Source of the DNA: an uncultured Armatimonadetes bacterium | GTDB taxonomy: Bacteria; Armatimonadota; UBA5829; DTJY01 | Assembly: GCA_963717145.1 (NCBI GenBank) | Contig: OY970325.1 | Span: forward strand, 3,488,001 to 3,552,000 | DNA length: 64,000 nt | Direction of reading: 5' to 3' | Shown: in pieces, positions 42,423-53,191 of the stretch | Layout: each line of letters begins with the position of its first letter | Numbering within the stretch: the stretch's first letter is position 1 | The notes under the pieces: model-generated | Databases searched by the model: none | Told to the model about the DNA's origin: nothing | Seen by the model: only the letters and a program-made list of their open reading frames with translations | Made by a program: the position numbers and the translations under genes

Positions 42423-43553
42423 CTACTGGTTCTGGGGTCCCTGGTTCTGCGGGTCGGCCGCTATCTGCGCCTGAACATCCCGGCCAACGACCCGCTCGCC
42501 GAGCTTCTCCAGGATCTCCTCCGGCTTGTCGGCGGCGCGGAGCATCTCCGCTCGGTCAAGCAGTCCCTTCTGGTACGCGTCGAACAGCGAAGCGTCGAGC
42601 GTCTTCATGCCGAGCTGCTGCCCGGTCTGGATGGCAGATACGATCGAGTGGGTCTTCTTCTCGCGGATCATGTGGGCGATCGCGGGAGTCGAAAGCATGA
42701 CCTCGAAGCAGGCGACGCGTCCACTGCCTCCCTTCTTGGGGAGAAGGAGCTGCGAAATGACGGCGATGAGGTTGCCACTGAGCTGAGTCCGGATCTGCTC
42801 CTGCTGATCGAACGGGAACACGTCGACGATTCGATCGACGGTTCGCGCAGCGCCGGTCGTGTGCAGGGTCGAGAATACGAGGTGGCCGGTTTCAGCAGCG
42901 GTGACCGCCGCTGAGATCGTCGCCAGGTCGCGCATCTCACCGACGAGGATGACGTCCGGGTCCTGGCGCAGGGACTTGATGACTCCTGTGGCGAAACTGG
43001 GAACATCCTTGCCGACTTCGCGCTGGGAGATGATTGACTTCTTGGCCTGGTGATAGTACTCGATCGGGTCCTCGATGGTGATGATGTGGCAGTCCCGGTT
43101 CTCGTTGATGAAGTCGATCATCGTGGCGAGGGTGGTGGTCTTGCCACTTCCGGTCGGCCCGGTTACCAGGACCAGTCCCCTGGGAGCGTAGAGAAGTCGC
43201 TGGAGTCGCTTGTCGAGGCCGATCTCCTCGAACGTCAGCAGCGTGAAGGGGATCAGGCGCATGTTGATGGCGATGGTGTCTTTCTGCGTGAAGACGGCGC
43301 ACCGGAAACGCGCGCGGTCGCCGAACGAGAAACCGAAGTCCGCGCCCTGCACCTCTTCGACCTCTGCCAGCGACCTCGGCTTGGCGATCTGCCTCATCAG
43401 GTCATCGGTGGTCTTGGCATCAAGCACGCCGAACTCATCGAGCCTCTTGAGCCGGCCATGCAGGCGCAGGGTTGGCGGCTCACCGACAACCATGTGGATG
43501 TCCGACCCGCCGAGATCAACTGTCCGGTCGAGAATATCGTTAATGTTCAGCAT
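42423..43553 (-). CDS. pilT: Type IV pilus twitching-motility ATPase PilT
   Basis: GPTGSGKTT, TIEDPIE, LRQDPDVILVGEMRD, AETGHLVFSTLHT. Confidence 0.93.
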   Translation of the reverse strand: MLNINDILDRTVDLGGSDIHMVVGEPPTLRLHGRLKRLDEFGVLDAKTTDDLMRQIAKPRSLAEVEEVQGADFGFSFGDRARFRCAVFTQKDTIAINMRLIPFTLLTFEEIGLDKRLQRLLYAPRGLVLVTGPTGSGKTTTLATMIDFINENRDCHIITIEDPIEYYHQAKKSIISQREVGKDVPSFATGVIKSLRQDPDVILVGEMRDLATISAAVTAAETGHLVFSTLHTTGAARTVDRIVDVFPFDQQEQIRTQLSGNLIAVISQLLLPKKGGSGRVACFEVMLSTPAIAHMIREKKTHSIVSAIQTGQQLGMKTLDASLFDAYQKGLLDRAEMLRAADKPEEILEKLGERVVGRDVQAQIAADPQNQGPQNQ

Positions 43554-43589
43554 CCGGTCCCCCCTTGTCAGCGAACTCCAGTCGAGCCA

Positions 43590-43618
43590 GGTATAACACA
43601 ACGAGCCGGGCTTGTCAA
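43590..43618 (-). promoter_or_regulatory. Sigma70-type promoter of pilT
   Basis: Minus strand TTGACA-N17-TATACC. Confidence 0.5.
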
Positions 43619-43763
43619 CGTGCGGGACTCCTCTTGCTACTGCTCAGGGAAAATGTCCCGTGCAGGAACTCAACCTGGACATCAAGGACAACGCTTCCCA
43701 GGCATCGAACCATTAGCACTGAGCCCGGCTCCGGCAGGAACGAGCCGGCATAGGAGGAAACGA

Positions 43764-45264
43764 TTGCATAGTACCCACCACATTCTGTCCGCCGCACTCT
43801 TACTGCTCATCGTCGGATCGGCCTATGCCGCATACTCGCCGCCGGGGTTCGCGCTCGATATGTGGTTTATCAAGGAGAAGGGGGTCTGGCATCAGTTCGA
43901 GCTGAACGGCCCGCATCCGAGCGACTGGGACAAGCAGTGGCCGCCGCTCAATCAGCCCGACCGGCCACCGTTGGCATGGTTCGAGCAGGGCGTCTTCCAC
44001 TCGACCTCCAAAGACCTCATCACCTGGAAGGACGAGGGGGTCGCCATCACCATCGGGAAGCCGGGCGAATGGGACGACGGCAAGATCGCGAGCGGCAACA
44101 TCGTCAAGCACGAGGGCACATTCTACCTCTTCTATCCGGGCATCCGCGAGCACGTGAGGTCCGGGCGAGTGCTTTACCCCGATCGGCGTGGCGACCTCGA
44201 AGGATATGGTTCACTGGACGAAGCATCCCGACAACCCGGTGATGGTTCCCGACGGCAAGATCTACGATCCCGCAGGCAATTGGCGCGACTGCAGCTTCCT
44301 GTGGGACTCGAAGCAGAAGGTGTGGTACACGGTGGTATGCGCGACTGCGATGGGAGAAGGCCCGATCGAGAGCCGGGGGTGCATCGCCCTGTTGAAGTCC
44401 GCAGATCTGATCCACTGGGAGGCGCTCCCGCCGCTCGTGGTGTCGGACCGGTACACTCTCGGCATGGAGCTTCCGTTCCTCTTCAAGCACGGGAGCAAGT
44501 GGTATCTCGGCCATTCGATGTACAGCAACTACTTCTCCAAGGACTGGCTCGCGAAGCACCCGGAGGTCGAGGCCAGGGGCGGCGTCCACTACATGATCGG
44601 CGACAGCATGTTCGGCCCGTTCACGATCCCCGAGGACGACTGCCTCGGATGCCAGCCCGATCCGCCGCCGTATGCCATGCAGCTCATCGACGAGGGCGGA
44701 GAGAAGCTCTTCATGCACTGGGGGCCGGTCCGATATGCCACCGCCCTGCCGAAGAAGATCGAGTTCCTGCCCAGCGACCTGATGCGGCTGGTCTACTGGA
44801 AGGGGACCGAGAAGGCCCGGAAGGAGTCGCTGCTCGAAGACGGACCACGCGAGTTCGAGTTGGAGGGGGCGTCGTCCGCAGATGTCGGCGCTCCGGTGAC
44901 GGACTGCTTCTTTGAGGGGACGGTCTCCGGCGGGACGGTCGGATTCGCGCTGGGGGACGCGCTCCTGATCTCTGTCGATGCATCCACCGGCGTCGTGAAG
45001 TCGCTCACTCCGGCGGATCGAAGTCCACGCGCAGGAAGATCAGCCAAGTCGTCCGCCGGCCCGATCCGCGTGAGGCTCGTCGTGGACGGCTCGGTCACCG
45101 ATGTCTACGCGAACGACATCTGGCTCTTCGCCGAGCACTGCGGCCGCCCGAATCCCGACCAGGCGCGCCTTATCGCCCTCAGCGGCAAGTCCACCGTGGA
45201 CAAGGTCCGCCTCGACCGCCTGGTGACCGGCAACCCGATCCATCACTACGGGTTCAACTACTAG
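43764..45264 (+). CDS. Secreted five-bladed beta-propeller glycoside hydrolase (GH32/GH43-like; frameshift near 44160)
   Basis: Signal peptide; repeated S.DL..W boxes; WRD and MELP motifs; C-terminal beta-sandwich. Confidence 0.8.
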
Positions 45265-45341
45265 GCGAGTCTCCAGTGTCCGCAGGGACACTTCGTGCAG
45301 TTGTTGCCGTGGTTTCAACCGCCTGGTATAATATGTCGACT

Positions 45342-45659
45342 ATGCGCAAAGAAACCAAGCAGAATAGCCAACCTGATACTCTCGCCGAAGATGAGGCCGC
45401 TCGGAAGGCTGTAAAAGCCTGGATACCTGAGTTCCGTAACATCGAGGAAATGGATGCCTGGTGGGATGCGCAGGAGAAAGTCGAGGCGAATGTTGACCCC
45501 CGTCTGCTTGAGCGAGTCAAGTCATCGATCAGACTGTCTCGCAGGGCCATCGACGGCTACAACTACCTTGCGAAGGAGAAAGGCCTCCGCTCAGGTCAGA
45601 CGCTGATGAAGATCGTGCTGGGCAACTATCTGGCGAAGAACCTGCCCGAAGATTTCTGA
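45342..45659 (+). CDS. Small BrnA/CopG-like antitoxin-type protein
   Basis: IPEFRNIEEMDAWWD followed by an RHH-like SIRLS...LAKEKGL..QTLMK; TATAAT at 45327-45332. Confidence 0.6.
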   Translation: MRKETKQNSQPDTLAEDEAARKAVKAWIPEFRNIEEMDAWWDAQEKVEANVDPRLLERVKSSIRLSRRAIDGYNYLAKEKGLRSGQTLMKIVLGNYLAKNLPEDF

Positions 45660-45696
45660 CGACGGAGCACATCCACTGGTTCGTGGAGGTAACGAC

Positions 45697-46126
45697 ATGA
45701 TACGATTCTTCAGGCCCACAGGACGTCAAGTCGCCATTGCGTGCCTGTCGGGAGGCGCGGTGGGAGGTATCACGGTCATCGCGTTGATCCACTTGTTCGG
45801 CCGGTTTGCCCGAGCAACCCTGGCAACACCAGGTTGCCTTTCTCGGTATCTTGGTGCTCGCGAGCGTCCCGGTAACAGTCATAGTCAGCGGACGGGCGGC
45901 GATCACCCATCCCGGCGGTCCCGGCACGTACCTGGACAACGTACCGTACTCGCTCGTGGGGGTCTCACAGGGCATCATTCTCGTCAACACGTTTGATAGG
46001 ATTGCCCGTTGGAGAGACGGCTGGCCGTCAGGCGTCGCCACGCTCCTCGTTGTCTCTATCTGCGCCTACATTGGCGCATTGGTGACGGTGGCGTGGCTGC
46101 TGGTTCACTGGTCGCGGAAGGCCTAA
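45697..46126 (+). CDS. Small membrane protein (frameshift near 45800)
   Basis: GGAGG RBS; the hydrophobic helices continue in a second frame (45806-46126). Confidence 0.55.
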
Positions 46127-46127
46127 C

Positions 46128-48062
46128 TTGCATTTCGGACTTCAGACTCGTGTTCTTCTCATTTTGATGCTCATCGGATGCGCGACATCCGCGAGGTGCG
46201 ATATGCCTTCTCCGTGGAAAGCCTGGCAGCCGATCGCGGTCCGGGGACGAGAGGCCCGCGTGTGGGGGCGCGAATACCGGCTCAATGAGATCGGCCTCCC
46301 CGCGCAGATCACGTCCGCGGGCGTCCCACTGCTCGCCGAACCCACGAGCCTCGACATCGTCGCCGACGGTCAGGCGGTCGGATGGAGCAAGACATCCGGC
46401 CACTGGACTCGGGTCGGTTCGACGAGCGCCCGGTACGCCTTCAGCGCCGATTCGCCCCACCTGACGCTCAGGATCGCCGGACTGATCGAGCCGGACGGGA
46501 TGTGGCGCATCGATCTCGACCTGATCCCGAAGCATCCGATCAACCTCGACCGCATGCGTCTCGTGATCACGCTCGACCCTGCGCATGCGGGGCTCATGCA
46601 CTGGTATCCCCTGCCGAGGAACTGGCCGAACGTCACGTTCTTCGACCGCGCGTTCCAGAATTCCGGCGCTCGTCCCAGGGAATGGGAGTCACCGTTCACG
46701 CCTCTGGTGTGGATCGGCGATGAAGAGCGCGGCCTCGAGTGGTTCTGCGAGTCGGACGAGACCTGGAGGCCCGAGGGATCGGCGCTCACTGTGCGGGAAC
46801 TCGGCGGGTCGGTCGCCTTCACCGCCCACGTGATCGAGCGCCCGATCGAGCTGTCGTCGCCCTATCGCCTCACGTTCGGGCTGCAGGCAGGCCCCGTCAA
46901 GCCGAAGTCGCCGCTGGTCGTTCAGGGCGATGTCGGCTATGGGCACTGGGCGACGTATGAGAATACGGACGCCGCTCGGCTCGAGGTGCTGAAGGGCCAG
47001 GGGATGAAGTTCGTCGGCATGCACGAGGATTGGACCGACCTCCAGGGGATGCCGAGGGTCACTCAGCCGGAGAAGCTGCGCCGCCTGGCGGACGACGTCC
47101 ATCGCGCGGGGATGGGCCTGGTGCTCTACCATTCGCTCGCGCTGCCGGACATCGCGCCGGAGTTCGGCGCGCTCGCCGACGACGCCCTCTGCGAGCCGAG
47201 GACCGCGAACTATGTTCATTCGCGGCAGCCCGATCAGCGCGATTACCCCGTCTGCCATCGGAGCGCGTATCCCGCGATCTGGGCCGAGGGGATCGCCGGC
47301 CTCTTTGCGGATTACGGCATCGACGGCCTCTATCTCGACGGAGCGGCGTGTCCGATCCCGTGCGCGAACGGGCGGCATGGGTGCGGCTACACCGATGCTC
47401 AGGGGAAGCTGCATCCCACGTATCCGATATTCGCGGCGCGGGAGACGATGAAACACCTGCGGACGATCTGCGAGTCGCAGTCGAGGCCGACGCTCATCGT
47501 GGCGCATATGTCCGCCATGATCACGCTGCCCTCGCTCTCGTTTGCCGACGTGCTGCTCACGGGCGAGCAGTACTGGAAGTCGCCGGAGGACTACCGCCCG
47601 CCGATCGAGTTCTTCCGCGCGGAGTGCATGGGGCACAATCACGGGATTCCGACGCACTTCATCGGTTATCCGCCGCTCGGTGGGGATTACGCGCGCACGA
47701 TGATCGGGCTGCACAACGCGCCGAGCCCGTGGTGTCCCGGCGGCGTGGACATGTGGCGCATCTATAAGGAGTTCGACGCCGACGGCGCGAAGTTCACGCC
47801 CTACTGGGTCCCGAAGTCACTCGCCTCCGCCGATGTCCCGGACGTGCTGGTATCGGGCCTGGTGCATCCGGATGGAAGGGCACTGCTGGCGGTCGGCAAT
47901 CTGCGGCAGTCCCGTCAGACGGTGACGATCACCCTCGGAGCGGAGGTCGGCGGGTTCCGGTCCGCGAGGGATCCGCAGACCGGCGCGAAGTTCGACATCG
48001 TCTCAGGCCGCATCCGCCTCGACCTCAGCCCGGAAGCCCTTCAGTGGCTCCTCCTCGACTAG
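46128..48062 (+). CDS. Secreted putative glycoside hydrolase of uncertain family
   Basis: Signal peptide; VWIGDEERGL.WF.ES; YGIDGLYLDG TIM-barrel motif. Confidence 0.65.
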   Translation: MHFGLQTRVLLILMLIGCATSARCDMPSPWKAWQPIAVRGREARVWGREYRLNEIGLPAQITSAGVPLLAEPTSLDIVADGQAVGWSKTSGHWTRVGSTSARYAFSADSPHLTLRIAGLIEPDGMWRIDLDLIPKHPINLDRMRLVITLDPAHAGLMHWYPLPRNWPNVTFFDRAFQNSGARPREWESPFTPLVWIGDEERGLEWFCESDETWRPEGSALTVRELGGSVAFTAHVIERPIELSSPYRLTFGLQAGPVKPKSPLVVQGDVGYGHWATYENTDAARLEVLKGQGMKFVGMHEDWTDLQGMPRVTQPEKLRRLADDVHRAGMGLVLYHSLALPDIAPEFGALADDALCEPRTANYVHSRQPDQRDYPVCHRSAYPAIWAEGIAGLFADYGIDGLYLDGAACPIPCANGRHGCGYTDAQGKLHPTYPIFAARETMKHLRTICESQSRPTLIVAHMSAMITLPSLSFADVLLTGEQYWKSPEDYRPPIEFFRAECMGHNHGIPTHFIGYPPLGGDYARTMIGLHNAPSPWCPGGVDMWRIYKEFDADGAKFTPYWVPKSLASADVPDVLVSGLVHPDGRALLAVGNLRQSRQTVTITLGAEVGGFRSARDPQTGAKFDIVSGRIRLDLSPEALQWLLLD

Positions 48063-48094
48063 GCCTCACCATCAATGGCGAGTCTAGCGGGCAG

Positions 48095-48149
48095 GAAGCA
48101 TGCTGAAGCAAGCTGATCCATGTGGGCCGAGCTTGCTTCAGCATGCTTC
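48095..48149. repeat. Perfect inverted repeat (20-bp arms)
   Basis: GAAGCATGCTGAAGCAAGCT / AGCTTGCTTCAGCATGCTTC. Confidence 0.8.
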
Positions 48150-48302
48150 GGAGCTAGCCTGATGCTTGAACATCAGGGCACTCGCGTGAACGGAGTAGCG
48201 GTTGTCGTTACCGCATAGCAAACCCAGCTGCTGTCTACCGGTATTATTACCAGTTTTTCACCATCATCGAGCTTGATTTCCAGAAAACCGGTGTATTGCC
48301 CC

Positions 48303-48331
48303 TTGACAAATGCGCAGGTGCTGGATACCTT
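48303..48331 (+). promoter_or_regulatory. Sigma70-type promoter
   Basis: TTGACA-N17-TACCTT upstream of an AGGAGG RBS. Confidence 0.55.
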
Positions 48332-49208
48332 GTGCGCAACGGCAAGCTGCCACAGAGCAGCCGCCATAACGACAAGGAGGAGTAGAGATGAACACGAAAC
48401 AGATTCTGGCAGTATCGGTAGTGGCGATAGCAGTGGCGTTCACGTCGCTGTCCACCGCGCAAGCAACCTCGCTGAGGTACAACGTTATTGACCTCGGCAC
48501 ACTCGGGGGGATCAGCAGTTCAGCGACCGCCATCAACTCAAGCGGTCAGGTCACAGGGTATTCGTACGCTCCCGGTGATTCGCGCGGGCATGTCTTCCTG
48601 TACAGCGGAGGCGGACCGATGCAGGACCTGGGGAGACTCCCCGGCTCAGATCCCGATCAGGCCTCGGTGGGCGAAGCCATCAATGATTCGGGAGTTATCG
48701 TGGGTTACGGAGGCTACTATCCCTGGCGTGCTCTGATATGGGATTCCGCGAACGGGATGAGAGTGCTCGACGTGCCGGGATCGCAACCCTATAAAGAAGC
48801 CTACGACATCAACAACACCGGACACGTGGTCGCGAACGAGGAGGCCCATAATGGAAACCCCGCCAATGCTTACATTCAGAGGAACGGTTCGTGGACACAG
48901 ATTCCCGCTCTCTCCGGTTACCCGAACATGGTTCCACATGCCATCAATAATCAAGACCAAGTCGTAGGGATGGCGAGGCCAGGTGCCTGGCCGTCGACGT
49001 CATATCACGCTTGGATGTGGGATGAGTCCGGCGGCACGCGCGACCTGGGTGCTCTAGGAGGGGCGCAATCGGGTGCTGTGGACGTGAACGATGCAGGTGA
49101 CGTCGTCGGGTGGGCAGACACAACCTCAGGCGACAGACACGCATTCCTCTACAGTGGAGGGACCATGCGGGACCTGGGCACACTGGGAGGTACATATAGT
49201 CAGGCTAG

Positions 49209-50796
49209 CAGCCTGTCCATGAAATAACCTCTGGCGCAAGGTGCCAGGTATGTAGTAAAATACGGGTATGAGCAAGCCATACCTTCCTTATCAACCTGAC
49301 CAGATATTGCTGTTGCCGCCCTTGATGTCGGAGTGGCTGCCCGAGGGACATCTCGCATACTTTGTGAGCGATGTCGTAGACAGTCTCGACCTTTCCGCGA
49401 TATACGCCTCATACGAGAAAGAGGCCCGAGGAGCGCCGCCGTTCCATCCGGCAATGCTTACAAAGATCATATTCTACGGTTTGTGCCGGGGAGTGTATTC
49501 ATCTCGAAAGCTCTCCCTGGCCACGTATGAAGATGTAGCCTTCCGGGTGCTTGCGGCAGGAAATCATCCCGACTTCCGCACGATAAGCGAGTTCAGGAAG
49601 AGGCATCTCAAGTCCCTTGCGGACCTGTTTGTGCAAGTGCTCAGGCTATGCGCAAGCGCCGGGCTTGTGTCGATGAAACACATAGCCATAGACGGAACAA
49701 AGCTGCTTGCCAACGCAAGCAAGCACTCCGCCATGAGCTACTCTCGGATGGTCGAGAAAGAAAAAGAGCTTCAGGCTGAGATCGAGGCGCTCCTTGCGAA
49801 GGGTCTTTCTGTGGACGACCAGGAAGACGCGGAATATGGTCTTGACCGCCGAGGAGACGAACTCCCGGAGGAACTCGCAACCAGAGAGAAGCGGCTCGCC
49901 AAGATCAGGGAAGCAAAAGAAGCGCTGGAGCGCGAGGCCAAAGAGCGAGCATCAGCCGAAGAAGCGATGCGAGCCCAAGAGAAGGCGGAGCAGGAAGCAT
50001 CCGGGAAGAAGCCTCGCGGCAGAGAGCCGGGGCCCGTAAAGACAGAGCCGGAAGGGAAGGCACAGCGGAACTTCACAGACCCGGAAAGCCGGATAATGAA
50101 GGACGCAAAGAAAGCCTTCGTGCAGGCATACAACGGACAAGCTGCGGTAGACGCAGATCATCAGATTGTAGTGGCGTGTGATCTCACGAACCAGGCAGCG
50201 GACTCACCGCATCTTAGTGACATGATCGAGGCAATCAAGGAGAACACCGGAAAGAAACCGGAAGAAGTATCCGCCGATGCCGGATACTTCAGCAGCGACA
50301 ACATAGAGATGGTCGAGCAGCAAGGGATCGACGCTTATATACCGCCTGACAGACAACGTCATGGCAAAGAGCCGACGGCGCCTTCCTGCCTTGATCCGGC
50401 AAAGCAATCCGCCGCAGATCGCCAGAGAGCAAAGCTCTTGACTCCTCTTGGCCGAAAGATCTACGGGAGGCGGAAGGAGACGGTAGAGCCGGTGTTCGGC
50501 CAGATCAAGAGCGCACGGAACTTCCGAGGCTTCCTACTCCGAGGCCTTGCGAAAGCGAAGTCGGAGTGGACGCTTGCGTGTCTTGGGCACAACATGCTGA
50601 AGCTATACCGATACGGCGACCGGAAATCGATCTTCGATACGTAGATATATGACCTGGATCAGGCTGATTATCAAGGTACAAGGGGTCTTTACAGACCCTC
50701 GCCGGAAATCCGGCGAAAAACACTATCGAACAGCAGCCAGCGCGACCCCGCAGATGGGAAACTCACCCACATAGCGGGGAATTCTCAGACAGGCTG
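49209..50796 (+). mobile_element. IS1182-family element, 1588 bp
   Basis: Ends CAGCCTGTC / GACAGGCTG; CTAG duplicated at 49205-49208 and 50797-50800. Confidence 0.92.
49268..50644 (+). CDS. IS1182 transposase
   Basis: PDFRTI..FR, IDGTK..ANAS, NFTDPESR, ADAGY, VEPVFG.IK. Confidence 0.95.
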   Translation: MSKPYLPYQPDQILLLPPLMSEWLPEGHLAYFVSDVVDSLDLSAIYASYEKEARGAPPFHPAMLTKIIFYGLCRGVYSSRKLSLATYEDVAFRVLAAGNHPDFRTISEFRKRHLKSLADLFVQVLRLCASAGLVSMKHIAIDGTKLLANASKHSAMSYSRMVEKEKELQAEIEALLAKGLSVDDQEDAEYGLDRRGDELPEELATREKRLAKIREAKEALEREAKERASAEEAMRAQEKAEQEASGKKPRGREPGPVKTEPEGKAQRNFTDPESRIMKDAKKAFVQAYNGQAAVDADHQIVVACDLTNQAADSPHLSDMIEAIKENTGKKPEEVSADAGYFSSDNIEMVEQQGIDAYIPPDRQRHGKEPTAPSCLDPAKQSAADRQRAKLLTPLGRKIYGRRKETVEPVFGQIKSARNFRGFLLRGLAKAKSEWTLACLGHNMLKLYRYGDRKSIFDT

Positions 50797-51123
50797 CTAG
50801 GGGCATCAACCTCAGCGGCCGGGTAGTGGGCGGGTCGTACATCGCCTCTGACTCGGCAGCACACGCCTTCGTCTACGACAATGGTTCGATGTATGATCTC
50901 AATGGCCTGATCGACCCATCGTCGGGTTGGGTACTAAGCTGGGCCACAGCCATCAACAAGAACGGCTGGATTGCGTGTGATGGTATCACTGCTGACGGTC
51001 AGACCCACGCTCTTCTGCTGAAACCTGTTCCCGAACCATCATCCCTACTTGCCCTTGCAGGCGGTCTTGGATTCCTGGTCCCGATGTTTCGCCGTCGCAA
51101 GTAATCCCACACAGCACCCTGGA

Positions 51124-51151
51124 TCAGGCCGGGCACCAAGTCCCGGCCTGA
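51124..51151. terminator. GC-rich hairpin, possible terminator between convergent genes
   Basis: TCAGGCCGGG / CCCGGCCTGA stem; no clear U-tract. Confidence 0.4.
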
Positions 51152-51242
51152 CCCTTCCCAGATCTCTGTTCTGCTGTACCCGTATCTCCGACTCCGCCTT
51201 GGCCAGCCTGGAGAAGGGAGAACAGACACCCTTTTCCTCGTG

Positions 51243-51932
51243 TTAGAAGCGCCAAAGTGCTGCCTCGAACCGCTCGGAGTAGATGCCGTCCGCGCGGCGG
51301 TTCATCCCCAGTATCCTCTCGGCGAAGGTGATCCCTCGGGTCGCCTGGTTTCGCGCGCTCTGCGACCGATGGCACTCCAGGAGCGACGACTTCCATAGCG
51401 CTTCGTCTTCGCCGAATGTCACCTCCACGTTCGGATGGAAGTCCTCGGACTTCGGATCCTCGTTGCCGAGCGCCAGGAGCGGCCGTGTCACCGAATCGGC
51501 CCACTGAGCGAACCACTCGTACACCAGGCGGTGAGTTGGATTGGAGTCCTTGCGGTGGGGCAGGAGCACCACATCAGGCTGCAGGGTGTCGAGCAGATAG
51601 GTCATTGCACGGCGATTCGCCTCAGTCGGGGCCAGCTCGCCTTCGTCGGTTTCCTCAGCCGCGAGGAAGTAGAGCCGGTCCGGTGGCAGGCCGAAGAGGC
51701 GGGCCGACTCGCGTTGTTCGGCCATACGCGCTTCGGTCTTCATCCGCCGATCGGGGCCACAGAAGTCGTCGCTCACCCCGGACCAGCCCGACGTGACGAC
51801 CGCCCAGTGCAACTCCCAGCCCCGATCGGCCAGGAGGCGAAGGGTCACCGCGATCACATCCGGATCGTCCGGATGAGGGGCCAGCGCCAATGCGATCCCC
51901 CGACCCCACACGACCGGATCCGTCAGCCGCAC
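51243..51932 (-). CDS. PIG-L/LmbE family deacetylase
   Basis: LAPHPDD, R.AEQ, HRSQ; the start is uncertain because the frame extends into 8-mer repeats. Confidence 0.85.
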   Translation of the reverse strand: MRLTDPVVWGRGIALALAPHPDDPDVIAVTLRLLADRGWELHWAVVTSGWSGVSDDFCGPDRRMKTEARMAEQRESARLFGLPPDRLYFLAAEETDEGELAPTEANRRAMTYLLDTLQPDVVLLPHRKDSNPTHRLVYEWFAQWADSVTRPLLALGNEDPKSEDFHPNVEVTFGEDEALWKSSLLECHRSQSARNQATRGITFAERILGMNRRADGIYSERFEAALWRF

Positions 51933-51941
51933 AAACTCCGG

Positions 51942-52002
51942 ACTCCCACACTCCCATACACCCATACTCCCACACCCCCACTCCCCCATTCTCCCATTCC
52001 CA
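51942..52002. repeat. 8-mer tandem repeat (CTCCCAYA-like)
   Basis: About 7 degenerate copies between divergent genes. Confidence 0.75.
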
Positions 52003-52054
52003 CCGTCGCCCCTCCTGTGCTACAATCAGCCATCGCCAACCAGGGAGGATTCCC

Positions 52055-53122
52055 ATGCTGCCCAAGACGATGAAGGCCGTCGTCACATACGGCCCGGAGG
52101 ACTACCGGCTCGAGGAAGTGCCGACCCCGCAGGCCGGCCCCGGCGAGGTCATCATCAAGGTCGATCACGCGGGAGTCTGCGCGAGTGACGTGAAGTGCTT
52201 CACCGGCGCTCATCACTTCTGGGGCACTGGTGGCGCGTGCGAGCCGCCGATCATCGCGGGCCACGAGTTCGCCGGTGAGGTCGTTCAACTCGGCGAAGGC
52301 GCGGGGGAGAAGCACGGCCTGGCGATCGGCGACCTGGCGGTCTCGGAGCAGATCGTCCCCTGCTGCGAGTGCCGATACTGCACGACCGGCAAGTACTGGC
52401 TCTGCAGGCGAGCGGACGTCTACGGCTTCCACCAGAATGTGCCGGGCTCGTGGGCCGAGTACATGAAGTTTCCCGCCAACTCGCGCAACTACAAGCTGCC
52501 CGCGGGAATCTCCCGGACCGCCGCCGCCGCGATCGAGCCGCTCGCGTGCTCGATCCACGCCGTTCAGCGCGCCCAGATCCAACTCGGCGATGTCGTGGTG
52601 ATCGCGGGCGCGGGGACTCTCGGCCTCGGGATGGTCGGCGTGGCAAAGCTGCTCACTCCATCGCTGCTGATCTCGATCGACCCGAAGGACTACCGGCTCG
52701 AAGTCGCGAAACAGCTAGGCGCGGCCCTCACGCTGAACCCCGACCGGGAGGATGTCGTCGCCCGCGTGCTCGATCTCACTCAGGGCTACGGGTGCGATGT
52801 CTTTATCGACGCGACCGGCTACCCGGAGTCGGTGCTCCCCGGCCTGCTGATGCTCCGGAAGCTGGGCACGTTCGTGGAGTACGGCGTCTTCCGCGAGCCG
52901 GCGACGATCGACTGGACGATCATCGGCGACAAGAAGGAGCTGAGCGTCCTCGGAGCGCACCTCGCGCCGTACACGTTCCCGCTCGCGATCGACTACATCA
53001 TGCAAGGCCTCGTCGATGTCTCGCCGATCGTGACCCACGAATTGCCGCTCGAAGACTACGAGGCCGCCCTCCACATGGTCCACGAGGCGACCGTCTCGAT
53101 CAAGGTGCTCCTGAAGCCGTAG
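52055..53122 (+). CDS. Zinc-dependent alcohol/polyol dehydrogenase (MDR family)
   Basis: GVCASD, GHE, CxxCxxC..C, GAGTLG. Confidence 0.92.
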   Translation: MLPKTMKAVVTYGPEDYRLEEVPTPQAGPGEVIIKVDHAGVCASDVKCFTGAHHFWGTGGACEPPIIAGHEFAGEVVQLGEGAGEKHGLAIGDLAVSEQIVPCCECRYCTTGKYWLCRRADVYGFHQNVPGSWAEYMKFPANSRNYKLPAGISRTAAAAIEPLACSIHAVQRAQIQLGDVVVIAGAGTLGLGMVGVAKLLTPSLLISIDPKDYRLEVAKQLGAALTLNPDREDVVARVLDLTQGYGCDVFIDATGYPESVLPGLLMLRKLGTFVEYGVFREPATIDWTIIGDKKELSVLGAHLAPYTFPLAIDYIMQGLVDVSPIVTHELPLEDYEAALHMVHEATVSIKVLLKP

Positions 53123-53130
53123 GAATTCTG

Positions 53131-53159
53131 TTGACAAAAGGTTTGCTTTATGCTATATA
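53131..53159 (+). promoter_or_regulatory. Sigma70-type promoter of the toxin-antitoxin operon
   Basis: TTGACA-N17-TATATA with an extended TG. Confidence 0.6.
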
Positions 53160-53191
53160 TGGAATAATCAGATTGGAGCGCAGCGCCCATC

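Larger units (their letters stand above)
48388..51104 (+). pseudogene. HAF-repeat extracellular PEP-CTERM protein interrupted by IS1182
   Basis: DLGTLGG..S.A.AIN..G.VVG...HAF repeats; C-terminal VPEPSSLLAL...RRRK; removing the IS restores ...YSQARGINLSG.... Confidence 0.92.

Noticed and set aside
48173-48367. 64-aa minus-strand ORF with a protein-like stretch
   Set aside because: It has no RBS or recognisable family and overlaps the promoter of the opposite gene; at most a remnant.
48335-48370. Possible riboswitch upstream of the PEP-CTERM gene (GGCAAGCTGC...GCAGCCGCC)
   Set aside because: Only one short hairpin is present; it lacks the second stem and conserved motifs of c-di-GMP riboswitches.
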